The notes under the pieces were generated by a model, which had not been told where the DNA came from, ran no database searches, and was given only the letters and a program-made list of their open reading frames with translations. Position numbers and translations under genes: made by a program. Below, piece by piece: positions 18,834 through 27,800 of a stretch of DNA of 64,000 nt. The first letter of the stretch is position 1, and each line of letters begins with the position of its first letter. This stretch comes from an uncultured Candidatus Saccharibacteria bacterium (GTDB lineage Bacteria; Patescibacteriota; Minisyncoccia; Phycocordibacterales; CSBR16-119): assembly GCA_964426385.1 (NCBI GenBank), contig CAYRQF010000001.1, positions 21,712-85,711 on the forward strand, written 5' to 3'.

Positions 18834-19810
18834 CTGTCACGTTTGGTTATCTTCAGAAGTAATGCATGCCATGTTTCTGCATCTGGAATTTTTCTTAGTA
18901 ATTTCTGAGTGTCAGCGATCAGCATGTCTCGCTCTGAGTTTATCTTTTCTAGTGTTCCTGAAGTGGTCACTAGGCTTCGAAGTGTGTCTCTTTCGGTTTG
19001 GTTCAGCACCTTGCCAAAATATTTCTTGAAAGCTTTGTTTTTAATTAGATAGAAAGATACCAGTGTTGCCTGGCGAGTTTCTATGTCCTGAAAAGTCTTC
19101 TTGTTGAGCTTCTTCTCATCACCGAATATGTCGAGGAGGTCATCATCTATCTGAAATAGCACGCCCATATTTTCATTGAGGGTGCTGTATGTTTTCTGAA
19201 GTTTCTTGGATACTTTGACCCGTCTTAGAGAGAGTCCTATTTCTGCAGGGTGGGTGAAAGTATATCGCGCTGATTTGAGGATTGTTTTCTCGTCTATTTC
19301 TGTTTTGGTCCAGTTCGTACGGGTAGACATCTCAACATCCATCATCTCGCCTATAGCTACCTGCTCGACTAGTTTGCAGAATATACTATGGGACTCTGCT
19401 TCTTTATTTTGCTTTATAAAAGCTTCATGAGCCCAGTTCAGTACGAGGTCTCCTGCTAGGAGGGCGTATGAATTTCCATAATGCTGATCTTTCTCCAGGC
19501 TGTGGAGTGTGCGGGTTCCGTGTCTGGACGGTGACTTGTCGATGATGTCGTCATGGATTATAGCCATCAGATGGACGAGCTCGATAGCGATAAGTTGGTT
19601 AATTATCTGGCGATCAAGCTTCGAGGACCCATATGCCAAGTAGGCGATATACGGGCGTATTCTTTTGCCATTCTCTGCAACTCGTCTTATGTGCCCTACG
19701 ATGGCGTGAGTTTTTTTACTAGAGGTGACAGTACAAGCTCTAGCGATAGACTTATCTAGGTGAGATAAGAAAAGAGGGTCAAAGACTGTTCTGAAGTCTC
19801 CAAGGTGCAT
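18830..19810 (-). CDS. crtE: Polyprenyl (geranylgeranyl) diphosphate synthase
   Basis: GKRIRP, IHDDIID...RHG and FQIDDDLLD motifs; start set at ATG 19810. Confidence 0.85.
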   Translation of the reverse strand: MHLGDFRTVFDPLFLSHLDKSIARACTVTSSKKTHAIVGHIRRVAENGKRIRPYIAYLAYGSSKLDRQIINQLIAIELVHLMAIIHDDIIDKSPSRHGTRTLHSLEKDQHYGNSYALLAGDLVLNWAHEAFIKQNKEAESHSIFCKLVEQVAIGEMMDVEMSTRTNWTKTEIDEKTILKSARYTFTHPAEIGLSLRRVKVSKKLQKTYSTLNENMGVLFQIDDDLLDIFGDEKKLNKKTFQDIETRQATLVSFYLIKNKAFKKYFGKVLNQTERDTLRSLVTTSGTLEKINSERDMLIADTQKLLRKIPDAETWHALLLKITKRDR

Positions 19811-19811
19811 G

Positions 19812-20741
19812 TTAAGTATTCTTATGTAGATACATGTAGATATCCTCGAGAGCTTTGACTCCGTCACCAGCGGCGATGTTGTTCTGGTGGTAGAGCACAT
19901 CCGCACAGTCACCAGCAGCCCATATGCCTGGGACGCTCGTCATCTGAGTACGAGGGTCAGTTATGATTTTTTTGTATTTATCCATCTCGACTACACCCTC
20001 GGCAAATCCGGTATTTGGGATCTGTCCTATCTCTACGAAGATACCTTTGACAGGGAGTTCCGTCTCTACTTCACCAACTTTATATTTGAGTCCTGAGACG
20101 AATTTGTCACCGAGGATAGCTGTGATCTCTGCGTTCATTACAGCTTTGGCCTTCGGGTTCGCCAAAACTTTCTCGACAGTTATCTCGTCAGCGCGAAACT
20201 CGGTAGATCGTTGGATGATGGTGACAGATGAGCAATATGCGAGCAGTTGCGCAGCCGTTTCGAGCGCGGCGTTGCCACCGCCAAGTACGGCGACGTCCTG
20301 ACCTGAGAATAGTGGTCCATCACATGAGGCGCAGTAGGTGAGACCTCGGTGCTCGAGTGCATCAGCGCCGGGGATAGATGAGTCGAGTTTTCGGCGTCCG
20401 GAGCCTGAGGTGATGAGGACTGCGCGAGTTTCGAATGATTCTCCTGCGTTGGTTATCACAGAAAATACTTTGTCAGCTTTCGAGAGACCTTCGACTCGTG
20501 CACCAGTTTTGACCGTGAGGAACTCGCCCTCGTAGTAGGCGACGTGAGCGCGCAGGTCCTTGGCGAGCTGTGAGCCAGCGATCTCGGGCGTGCCGATCCA
20601 GTTGTAGATTTTCTCAGAGACGACAGATTGTCCACCGAATTCTTCGGCAACCATTAGGGTTTTAAGTTGCTTCCTCGCAGCATAGACTGCTGCAGCTGAG
20701 CCAGCAGGTCCAGCACCAATTATTATCAAATCGTATGTCAT
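19812..20741 (-). CDS. trxB: Thioredoxin reductase / AhpF-like disulfide oxidoreductase
   Basis: GAGPAG, YCASCDG, GGGNAA and AAGD motifs; start at ATG 20741. Confidence 0.88.
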   Translation of the reverse strand: MTYDLIIIGAGPAGSAAAVYAARKQLKTLMVAEEFGGQSVVSEKIYNWIGTPEIAGSQLAKDLRAHVAYYEGEFLTVKTGARVEGLSKADKVFSVITNAGESFETRAVLITSGSGRRKLDSSIPGADALEHRGLTYCASCDGPLFSGQDVAVLGGGNAALETAAQLLAYCSSVTIIQRSTEFRADEITVEKVLANPKAKAVMNAEITAILGDKFVSGLKYKVGEVETELPVKGIFVEIGQIPNTGFAEGVVEMDKYKKIITDPRTQMTSVPGIWAAGDCADVLYHQNNIAAGDGVKALEDIYMYLHKNT

Positions 20742-20765
20742 AATTTTTCGATTATAGCATAAACA

Positions 20766-20790
20766 AAAAACACCCCGAAGGGTGTTTTTT
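20766..20790 (-). terminator. ftsZ terminator
   Basis: aaaaacaccc-ttcg-gggtgttttt on the minus strand. Confidence 0.8.
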
Positions 20791-20793
20791 GTT

Positions 20794-21990
20794 CTACTTC
20801 TTTCTTCGAAGGAAGCTTGGGACGGCACTCCAGTCATTGTCATCCTTGTCATCATCAGAGAATGCGTCATCGATTATCTCGATGGATTCTTTTGGCGTAG
20901 AGGCAGGGATGAAGTCATCATCAGTTTCGATTACTTCTGGCTTTTTGACTTTCTTCTCGAACTTCTCAGGGAGTTCTGCTGTCTTCTTCACCTCCATCTC
21001 AGTCTGAGCTTGGAAAAGAGACTTGCGTGGAGAATCCGTTGGGAAGCCTGTAGCGATAACGGTGATACGTATCTCGCCCTTCTTCAGCTTCTCGTCACGA
21101 GTAGTTCCGAAGATGACTTTCGCATCAGGGTCGATAGACTCCGTGATGATTTTAGCAGCGATCTGAACTTCCTGGATACCGAGGTCTTCGTTACCAGCGA
21201 TAGAGAAGAGTACGCCTTTGGCACCGTTGATTGAGATCTCGAGAAGTGGTGAGTTGATAGCGCGTAGGGCAGCTTCTTCCGCGCGGTTGTCGCCAGCAGC
21301 GCGTCCGATACCCATGAGGGCAGATCCTGCGTCAGACATAATGGCTTTGATATCGGCGAAGTCGACGTTGATGATACCAGGTGTGGTGATGAGGTCAGTT
21401 ATACCTTCGACAGCTTGGCGGAGAACCTCGTCGCACATGGCAAAGGCGTCTTTGAATGTAGTTTCCTTGTCAGATATAGCGAGTAGTCTGTCGTTCGGGA
21501 TGATGACGATAGCGTCAACTTCTTTCTCGAGTTCTTTGATACCCATCTCAGCGAGGCGTCCGCGATGCGCTCCCTCAAACGCAAACGGGCGAGTGACGAC
21601 AGCAACTGTGAGGATACCCTGTTCCTTCGACGCGCGAGCGACGATCGGTGCGGCACCTGTTCCTGTTCCGCCTCCCATTCCGCAGGCGATGAAGACGAGG
21701 TCTGCACCTTTGATAACGTCCTGGATTTCAGCTTTGGTTTCTTCGGCAGCTTTCTTGCCAACCTCAGGATTCATACCAGCACCGAGACCTTTGGTTAGGT
21801 TCTTGCCCAAATTTATTTTCTTGTCAGCGAGAGACTTATGGAGATCCTGAACGTCAGTGTTCATGACGATGAATTCAACGCCGTTCACCTTGGAACCGAT
21901 CATGTGATTGACTGCATTTTTACCAGAGCCACCAACGCCAATGACTTTGATGCGGGCGAAAGTTTCGATATCCGGGTTTAATTTAGCCAT
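20794..21990 (-). CDS. ftsZ: Cell division protein FtsZ
   Basis: GGGTGTG tubulin motif, NVDFAD and C-terminal VPSFLRR. Confidence 0.98.
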   Translation of the reverse strand: MAKLNPDIETFARIKVIGVGGSGKNAVNHMIGSKVNGVEFIVMNTDVQDLHKSLADKKINLGKNLTKGLGAGMNPEVGKKAAEETKAEIQDVIKGADLVFIACGMGGGTGTGAAPIVARASKEQGILTVAVVTRPFAFEGAHRGRLAEMGIKELEKEVDAIVIIPNDRLLAISDKETTFKDAFAMCDEVLRQAVEGITDLITTPGIINVDFADIKAIMSDAGSALMGIGRAAGDNRAEEAALRAINSPLLEISINGAKGVLFSIAGNEDLGIQEVQIAAKIITESIDPDAKVIFGTTRDEKLKKGEIRITVIATGFPTDSPRKSLFQAQTEMEVKKTAELPEKFEKKVKKPEVIETDDDFIPASTPKESIEIIDDAFSDDDKDDNDWSAVPSFLRRKK

Positions 21991-22069
21991 AATTTCATTA
22001 GTTAGTTTTTGTTAACCTGTGAGAGATATATTACCAGAAAATAGGGAATGTCAAAGGAGGCCTAAAAGG

Positions 22070-22098
22070 TTGACAAATAAGACAATATACTATATAAT
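22070..22098 (+). promoter_or_regulatory. Consensus sigma70 promoter of cassette 22155
   Basis: TTGACA-N17-TATAAT, exact. Confidence 0.8.
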
Positions 22099-22154
22099 AT
22101 AGACAACATGAACCGAGCGGACACGCTCATAAAAACACCCGACAGGGTAAAAAC

Positions 22155-22565
22155 ATGGAAAAGCAAGAACTGACGGCAAAGCTGCTTCAAGGGTCGTACC
22201 TTCTGCATCGGATGGAAGCAGATATCCAACAGATGGTCTCTATGATCATCGGCTATGCAAGAAAGGCGAGCCTTTCGCATTCAAAGGATTACGTTTCCGC
22301 GGAGAAAATATCCACATCCTGTGAATGGAGAATGGAAGCAAAGAGAAAAGGGATGTTTCATCAAATCAGTGTGAGATGCAGGATCATTGCATCCTATGAA
22401 TCGATGACAACAGGATATAGTTCCGATGGATCGATGAGCCTTCCACAGGAGTATGTTCAGACCGTTCACGAGGACCTACACCGCTTTGTTGAAATGATGG
22501 TCGCGGCATATCCGAACATCGAGAAGGCTTGGAAGCCGCTCCTTGATGTAGCAGATCACAAGTAG
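22155..22565 (+). CDS. Hypothetical protein (cassette inserted antisense between ftsA and ftsZ)
   Basis: 136-aa ORF with its own promoter and terminator aagcccagcggtgca...tgcaccactgggctt-tttcg at about 22581-22615. Confidence 0.7.
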   Translation: MEKQELTAKLLQGSYLLHRMEADIQQMVSMIIGYARKASLSHSKDYVSAEKISTSCEWRMEAKRKGMFHQISVRCRIIASYESMTTGYSSDGSMSLPQEYVQTVHEDLHRFVEMMVAAYPNIEKAWKPLLDVADHK

Positions 22566-22618
22566 AAGATCGTTCTTTCGAAGCCCAGCGGTGCATGCAC
22601 CACTGGGCTTTTTCGTTT

Positions 22619-22649
22619 TCTTAAATCTTAATTCCTAAATCTTAAATCT
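22619..22649 (-). repeat. 31-bp heptamer-repeat arm (AGATTTA)n just after the ftsA stop
   Basis: 30/31 identical to 58388-58418 in the opposite genomic orientation. Confidence 0.85.
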
Positions 22650-22652
22650 CGT

Positions 22653-23813
22653 CTACGGCATGAGCTGCTTCCCAATCCCACTAAAAATCTTTTTGATATT
22701 ATGCCAAGTTTGAGAGACGATGTTTGGATAACTGTTGTCTTTCTGAACGCCTTTGCCCACCATACATAGTCCATATGCAACAAACCACGTTGGATCGACA
22801 GAATTCTTACTTTTGAGACCATTCATCTTTGATGGTAGAGCTAGAGTTCTCTTCGAGATGTCTTCAATGCTTTTTACATTGGCGCCACCTCCGATGATGA
22901 TAGCTCCTGCAGGCAGACGTTCGTCTCTATTTATTTTCTTCAGGAATTTCTGGATAACGTCGAATATTTCGTTGATACGAGCATTGATGATGTCATCGAT
23001 TTTTCTCTGCTGGATGTCGGTCGTGATCTTGCCGAGCTTGATACCTTCGGCATCCTCGAGCGATATCTTGAGCCCGAGCGCGAGGTCGTTCGTTATATTA
23101 TTCGATCCGATAGGGAAGACTTTGAGCGAGATGATATTGCCGTCCTCGAATACGATAACAGAGGTGTTCTCGTCACCGATGTCGATGAGGATACACCCAG
23201 CAGTACGCTGACGCTCATCGAGTGCGACGTATGACGCTGATACTGGGCAGGCGATAACGTCTACGACATCTATACCTGCTGCATTGATAGAACTGACTAG
23301 GTCTTCGAGATGCTGATTGGCACAGTTGATGAATAGAGTAGTCACCTCTAGGCGAACTCCGCGCATGCCTTCGACTTTGCCGTATATTTCTTTGCTATCT
23401 AGTTTGAAAATTACAGGTAGTGTGTCGATGATATGTTTGTTCAGGTTTTTGAGAGACTGCTCCGAGTCTTTGACAGCTTTCTCCACATCGAGTCTGGTGA
23501 CTTCGTTATCAGCACGGGAAATTATCGCTGAGCCACGAGCCACCTTGGATTCGAGTGTGATACCGCCGATAGAAATAGTGGCTTGGCGGATCTTGATACC
23601 ACTAGAGACTTCGGCATCGTGGACCGCGAGCTCGATAGACTTCACGAGTTCTTTCTGGTCAGAAACGAAGCCTTTCTTGAGGCCTCTGGTCGGGGCGACA
23701 CCCGTTCCGATGATGCGTGAAGTTTTCGTGTCTTTATCTTTACCGTGTTCGACGACCATGACTTTGGTCGAGGAGCTACCGATATCGATACCGACAGTTA
23801 CATTTTTTGCCAT
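22653..23813 (-). CDS. ftsA: Cell division protein FtsA
   Basis: GIDIGSSSTK, LIDIGDENT and IIIGGGA actin-like motifs; upstream of ftsZ. Confidence 0.93.
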   Translation of the reverse strand: MAKNVTVGIDIGSSSTKVMVVEHGKDKDTKTSRIIGTGVAPTRGLKKGFVSDQKELVKSIELAVHDAEVSSGIKIRQATISIGGITLESKVARGSAIISRADNEVTRLDVEKAVKDSEQSLKNLNKHIIDTLPVIFKLDSKEIYGKVEGMRGVRLEVTTLFINCANQHLEDLVSSINAAGIDVVDVIACPVSASYVALDERQRTAGCILIDIGDENTSVIVFEDGNIISLKVFPIGSNNITNDLALGLKISLEDAEGIKLGKITTDIQQRKIDDIINARINEIFDVIQKFLKKINRDERLPAGAIIIGGGANVKSIEDISKRTLALPSKMNGLKSKNSVDPTWFVAYGLCMVGKGVQKDNSYPNIVSQTWHNIKKIFSGIGKQLMP

Positions 23814-23862
23814 AGAGAATTAGATTATGGCGGATAGCTTTTAGCTCATACTTCAAAAAAGC

Positions 23863-24255
23863 TTAACTAGAAAACTTTGAAAACAAACGCTTTTCCGCAG
23901 CTTCCATTCTACTACCATGGACATGATGCGCCAAATGTAGCATTCCGTGGATAACTATATATTTCAAATGTTGTCGACAACCTCGGCCGTATTCCAAACA
24001 TTCTTTCTTTACTGTTTCGACACACACAACTATTTCTCCTAGATTATCTGATAATGGGAACGATAGTACGTTGGTGTGAGAGTCGTCACCTTTGTGGATA
24101 CGAGAAAGTTTCTTTATCTCTTTGAGCGAGACAAAAGACAGAGATAGTTCATACTTGTTTCCGAGAATTTCCTTCTTCATGCGTGCGAAAAGCGCTCTTG
24201 GTAGAGCGCTTTCCTTGAGGTTGTTTATGTCTAGATTATCTCCGGCCGTTTTCAT
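23863..24255 (-). CDS. ybeY: rRNA maturation endoribonuclease YbeY
   Basis: TNVLSF, LGEIVV and HGMLHLAHHVH motifs. Confidence 0.88.
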   Translation of the reverse strand: MKTAGDNLDINNLKESALPRALFARMKKEILGNKYELSLSFVSLKEIKKLSRIHKGDDSHTNVLSFPLSDNLGEIVVCVETVKKECLEYGRGCRQHLKYIVIHGMLHLAHHVHGSRMEAAEKRLFSKFSS

Positions 24256-24491
24256 TAGGCGATTTTGCCGAGTTTCTTGAGTTTGGCGTACTCAGTCCTT
24301 TTCTCCATTCGCTTTAGGGCATTCTTCTTCATAACAAATGATGAAGGCTTGCGCTCACTGTAGCGTGTATCTTTGACATGGCGAACTATGCCAGTCTCGC
24401 GGATGCGTCGTGAAAACCGGCGCATAACTGAAGCGCTCGATTCGTTCCCGTTTTTCTTTATTTCTACTACTGTTCTTGCCATAGTTGCCAT
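24255..24491 (-). CDS. rpsU: 30S ribosomal protein bS21 (true start may be ATG 24482)
   Basis: EIKKNGNESSASVMRRFSRRIRE...RYSERKPS pattern. Confidence 0.75.
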   Translation of the reverse strand: MATMARTVVEIKKNGNESSASVMRRFSRRIRETGIVRHVKDTRYSERKPSSFVMKKNALKRMEKRTEYAKLKKLGKIA

Positions 24492-24537
24492 ACCATATCA
24501 CACAATGTTTTGGCTTGCAATACCACCAGGGTGTTGA

Positions 24538-26400
24538 TTAGAAAAGGTTTTCCGGATTTAGCCGAATTTGCCATTCGGGACCGAGTCCGGAGAGTATCTG
24601 GGCGAGTTCCAAGTCTATCGTTACAGGGGTATTTATATTACCTTCATTCCACTCGGAAGCGGGAAGCTTGATGAGTATATTGGTCTCTATGTTGGGTCCA
24701 CGGTGTACAGAACGAGTGTTTGGATGATATCCTGACAGGTTCATGTCAACGAATTCTTTGATCCGGGCCCCTGCGCTCTCTTTGCCCACATGCGTGAGTT
24801 TGATAATCGTACTAAAAGGCGGATAGCGGAAGAGCTCACGACGGCCAACCTCGGCTCGGAAGAAATTTTCGAGGTCATTGTCTGTGAGGCTCGATAGAAT
24901 AGGATTATCAGGTGTGCGAGTTTGGATAATAGAGTTCTTCTCGGCGACACTCGTGACGGCGAGCGACAGGTGGAGCATGCGTTCGTATGCTTTGTAGCTT
25001 GGGATATTTTGGAGAGTCTCCATCGATATGATGACAGAGTTATCGATAGGCTCCGTGAGATAGGCGAGAGCCATCTCAGTGCCAACGAGTACGGCATCAG
25101 CCTCAGCGTAGAATTTCCCTGCGATATCTTTGGCTTTCTTCTCGCTACCCGTTACTTCTTTGTCTATATGGAATACTTTTTTCTTTGGAAATAGTTTCCG
25201 GACTTCTTCGGTGACTGTTTCCGTGCCGATACCTAGGCTGTCGAAATTCCAACTGTTGCATATAGGACAACGCAGGTTTTCATCGATAATTTTTCTAGTA
25301 TAGGCATTGCGAACTGTTCGTTTACCATCTCGCTCGTGGATAACTAGGGGTTGTCCATCGTCTTCCATTACATGTTTACAGTCGTGGCATACGACTTGGG
25401 TAGAGAGGCCTTTCCTGAGGGCAAAGAGAAAAGTCCTGCCAGGTTCTCGGATTAGGCTCGCTGTGTCGTTGGACAGCACGAAACTTTTCTTGAAAAGGTT
25501 TTCCTTGTTAGTCATGTCGCTAACGCTAAACGTTCGACTCCCAGCACTAAGTTCGAAGTCTAGAGTTTTCTTGTCGGTTGTACGAGCTATGGTTTCGACC
25601 GACAGGATGTCGTCAGCGAATATAAGATCAGTGTGCATATGACGAGCGATGAATCCTGCAAATGTGCGAATATCAAAATAAGGTTTTTTGATTGTGCGAT
25701 ATGACGACGATGATTCGTGTTCTACTATGTATGTTCCGATATCGTGACGAGGGATGAATAGAAATGCCGGCGTAGTGATGAGTAGTGTCGGTCCTGTCGA
25801 TTGCAAGACACTGTTATATTTTTCTACGATTTTTTTCTCCGATCCAAACATTGTGAAGATGTTTTCTATATCAACTCGCAGTAATTGCTCGAATTTTCGA
25901 ACTTCTTTGATTGTCGGGAGAACGAGGTGAACAGATTTACCATCAGCATGAGAATCAGAGATATATTTTTTATAAAAATCTATTCTTTTGGCGAGGGGTC
26001 GTTGCAAGGCAAAGAATCCAGCAGTATTCGATGAAACTCTCTTTTTAGGAACATCGATATCATCATACTTCTCTAGGAGGATGGAAGGGATAAAATAATT
26101 CATAACCTGCCCCACGTTACCGATGAAGTAGCGAGAGGCTTCTCTGCACGCTTCGAAGAATTCGGGGTAGAATTTCGCCCGACCTTTCACGCTTTCTATT
26201 TTCTTCAAGCCAAAACTTGCGGTTTTGATATCGCCTTTGGACTCGTTGATTGGTGAGACGCCGAGTACTATGGCGCTGATTAGCTTTTTGCGGACTTCAG
26301 TGTTTACCACATCTCCTACTTTTACCTCGCGCGCTGAGTAGTAGGTCAGAGAGTCTTTGTGGATGCTGGCCGATATGGGGCTGACCTCTATAAGTTTCAT
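24538..26400 (-). CDS. priA: Primosomal protein N'-like (degenerate helicase motifs)
   Basis: N-terminal LTYY 3'-DNA-binding domain, CHDC...CPIC zinc motifs, GIGTE and YPPFS; no Walker A recognisable. Confidence 0.8.
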   Translation of the reverse strand: MKLIEVSPISASIHKDSLTYYSAREVKVGDVVNTEVRKKLISAIVLGVSPINESKGDIKTASFGLKKIESVKGRAKFYPEFFEACREASRYFIGNVGQVMNYFIPSILLEKYDDIDVPKKRVSSNTAGFFALQRPLAKRIDFYKKYISDSHADGKSVHLVLPTIKEVRKFEQLLRVDIENIFTMFGSEKKIVEKYNSVLQSTGPTLLITTPAFLFIPRHDIGTYIVEHESSSSYRTIKKPYFDIRTFAGFIARHMHTDLIFADDILSVETIARTTDKKTLDFELSAGSRTFSVSDMTNKENLFKKSFVLSNDTASLIREPGRTFLFALRKGLSTQVVCHDCKHVMEDDGQPLVIHERDGKRTVRNAYTRKIIDENLRCPICNSWNFDSLGIGTETVTEEVRKLFPKKKVFHIDKEVTGSEKKAKDIAGKFYAEADAVLVGTEMALAYLTEPIDNSVIISMETLQNIPSYKAYERMLHLSLAVTSVAEKNSIIQTRTPDNPILSSLTDNDLENFFRAEVGRRELFRYPPFSTIIKLTHVGKESAGARIKEFVDMNLSGYHPNTRSVHRGPNIETNILIKLPASEWNEGNINTPVTIDLELAQILSGLGPEWQIRLNPENLF

Positions 26401-26471
26401 ATTCAAATATTAGCATTACCGGAGTTTCCTAACTACTATATGAGTGTTATCATGGAGATTCATTCATATAT

Positions 26472-27788
26472 ATGGAAACACAAGACAAAATCATCATACA
26501 AGGGGGCAAAAAGCTAGGGGGTACGATAGAGATCCAGGGAGCGAAGAACGAGGCGCTACAAGTTATATGCGCCACGCTTCTTTCTGACGAGACTGTTACA
26601 CTCGAGCGTGTACCAAAAATCCTCGACGTTATACACCTTATGGATACACTGCGTTATATCGGTGTTGATATAGAGAATCTCGGAGGCGGTACCTACAGCT
26701 TGAATTCTGCAAATCTAGATATCGAGAAGCTCCGTACTCCGGAGTGTCGTGCCATGGTGTCAAAAACTCGCGGAGCTCTGATGATCGCTGGGGCGCTTCT
26801 CGGACGATTCGGTGAGGCGTATATGTCGCGACCTGGCGGAGACAAGATAGGCATCCGACCGATAGATGTTCATCTCCAGGGCTTCGAGTCACTCGGTGCC
26901 AAGATCACTGACAAGAACCAAGAGTATAGAGAGATCAGGCTCGATCGGCTTATCACGTCAGATTTTTATCTATTTGAGATATCGGTAACAGGTACGGCGA
27001 ATATAATTCTCGCATCAGTTCTAACCAAAGGTGAGCCTGCGACTGTGACGATCAGAAATGCAGCGAGCGAGCCTTATGTTGTCGGGCTATGTAATATGTT
27101 GAATGCGATGGGTGCGCAGATTCACGGAGTCGGGACGAATACGCTACATATCGTCACAGTTCCGAAGCTTGCTGGGGCAACTCACCGACTTTCACCAGAC
27201 TTCGTCGAGGCAGGTAGCTTCATCGGTCTCGCCGCTCTGACAGGGTCTGAGATACAGCTCAAGAATATTACTCTTGCAGATCTCGGACATATGATTCCGT
27301 ATACTTTCAATATGCTCGGTATCAAGATTCGGGAAACCAAAGACGGCGTCATCGTGCCGGCACATAAACATTACAAAATCGAGAAGCTCCGAGATGGACA
27401 TATCAGAGAAATATATGATGCTCCTTGGCCAGGACTAACTCCCGATCTGTTGTCGATATTTCTAGTCGTCGCGACTCAGGCTGAGGGGGTGGTCAAGATT
27501 CATCAGAAAATGTTCGAGAAGAGATTATTGTTTGCCGACACTCTCCAGAACATGGGTGCGCAGGTAGAAATTTGCGATCCTCACCGTGCCATAGTCATCG
27601 GACTCAATCATGACTACAAACTTCATGGTACAGAGATGGTTTCTCCTGATATTCGTGCCGGCATGGCACTACTCATAGCCGCTCTCGCAGCCGACGGTGA
27701 GAGTGTTATAGAAAACGCAGATCAGATCAACCGAGGGTATGAGCATATATTTGATCGGTTACGTGCTCTAGGTGCCGATATCAAATAA
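26472..27788 (+). CDS. murA: UDP-N-acetylglucosamine 1-carboxyvinyltransferase (Asp in place of the active-site Cys)
   Basis: GAKNEAL, PGGDKIGIRPIDVH, SPDIRAG and RGYE motifs. Confidence 0.95.
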   Translation: METQDKIIIQGGKKLGGTIEIQGAKNEALQVICATLLSDETVTLERVPKILDVIHLMDTLRYIGVDIENLGGGTYSLNSANLDIEKLRTPECRAMVSKTRGALMIAGALLGRFGEAYMSRPGGDKIGIRPIDVHLQGFESLGAKITDKNQEYREIRLDRLITSDFYLFEISVTGTANIILASVLTKGEPATVTIRNAASEPYVVGLCNMLNAMGAQIHGVGTNTLHIVTVPKLAGATHRLSPDFVEAGSFIGLAALTGSEIQLKNITLADLGHMIPYTFNMLGIKIRETKDGVIVPAHKHYKIEKLRDGHIREIYDAPWPGLTPDLLSIFLVVATQAEGVVKIHQKMFEKRLLFADTLQNMGAQVEICDPHRAIVIGLNHDYKLHGTEMVSPDIRAGMALLIAALAADGESVIENADQINRGYEHIFDRLRALGADIK

Positions 27789-27800
27789 TTTCTACAAAGG

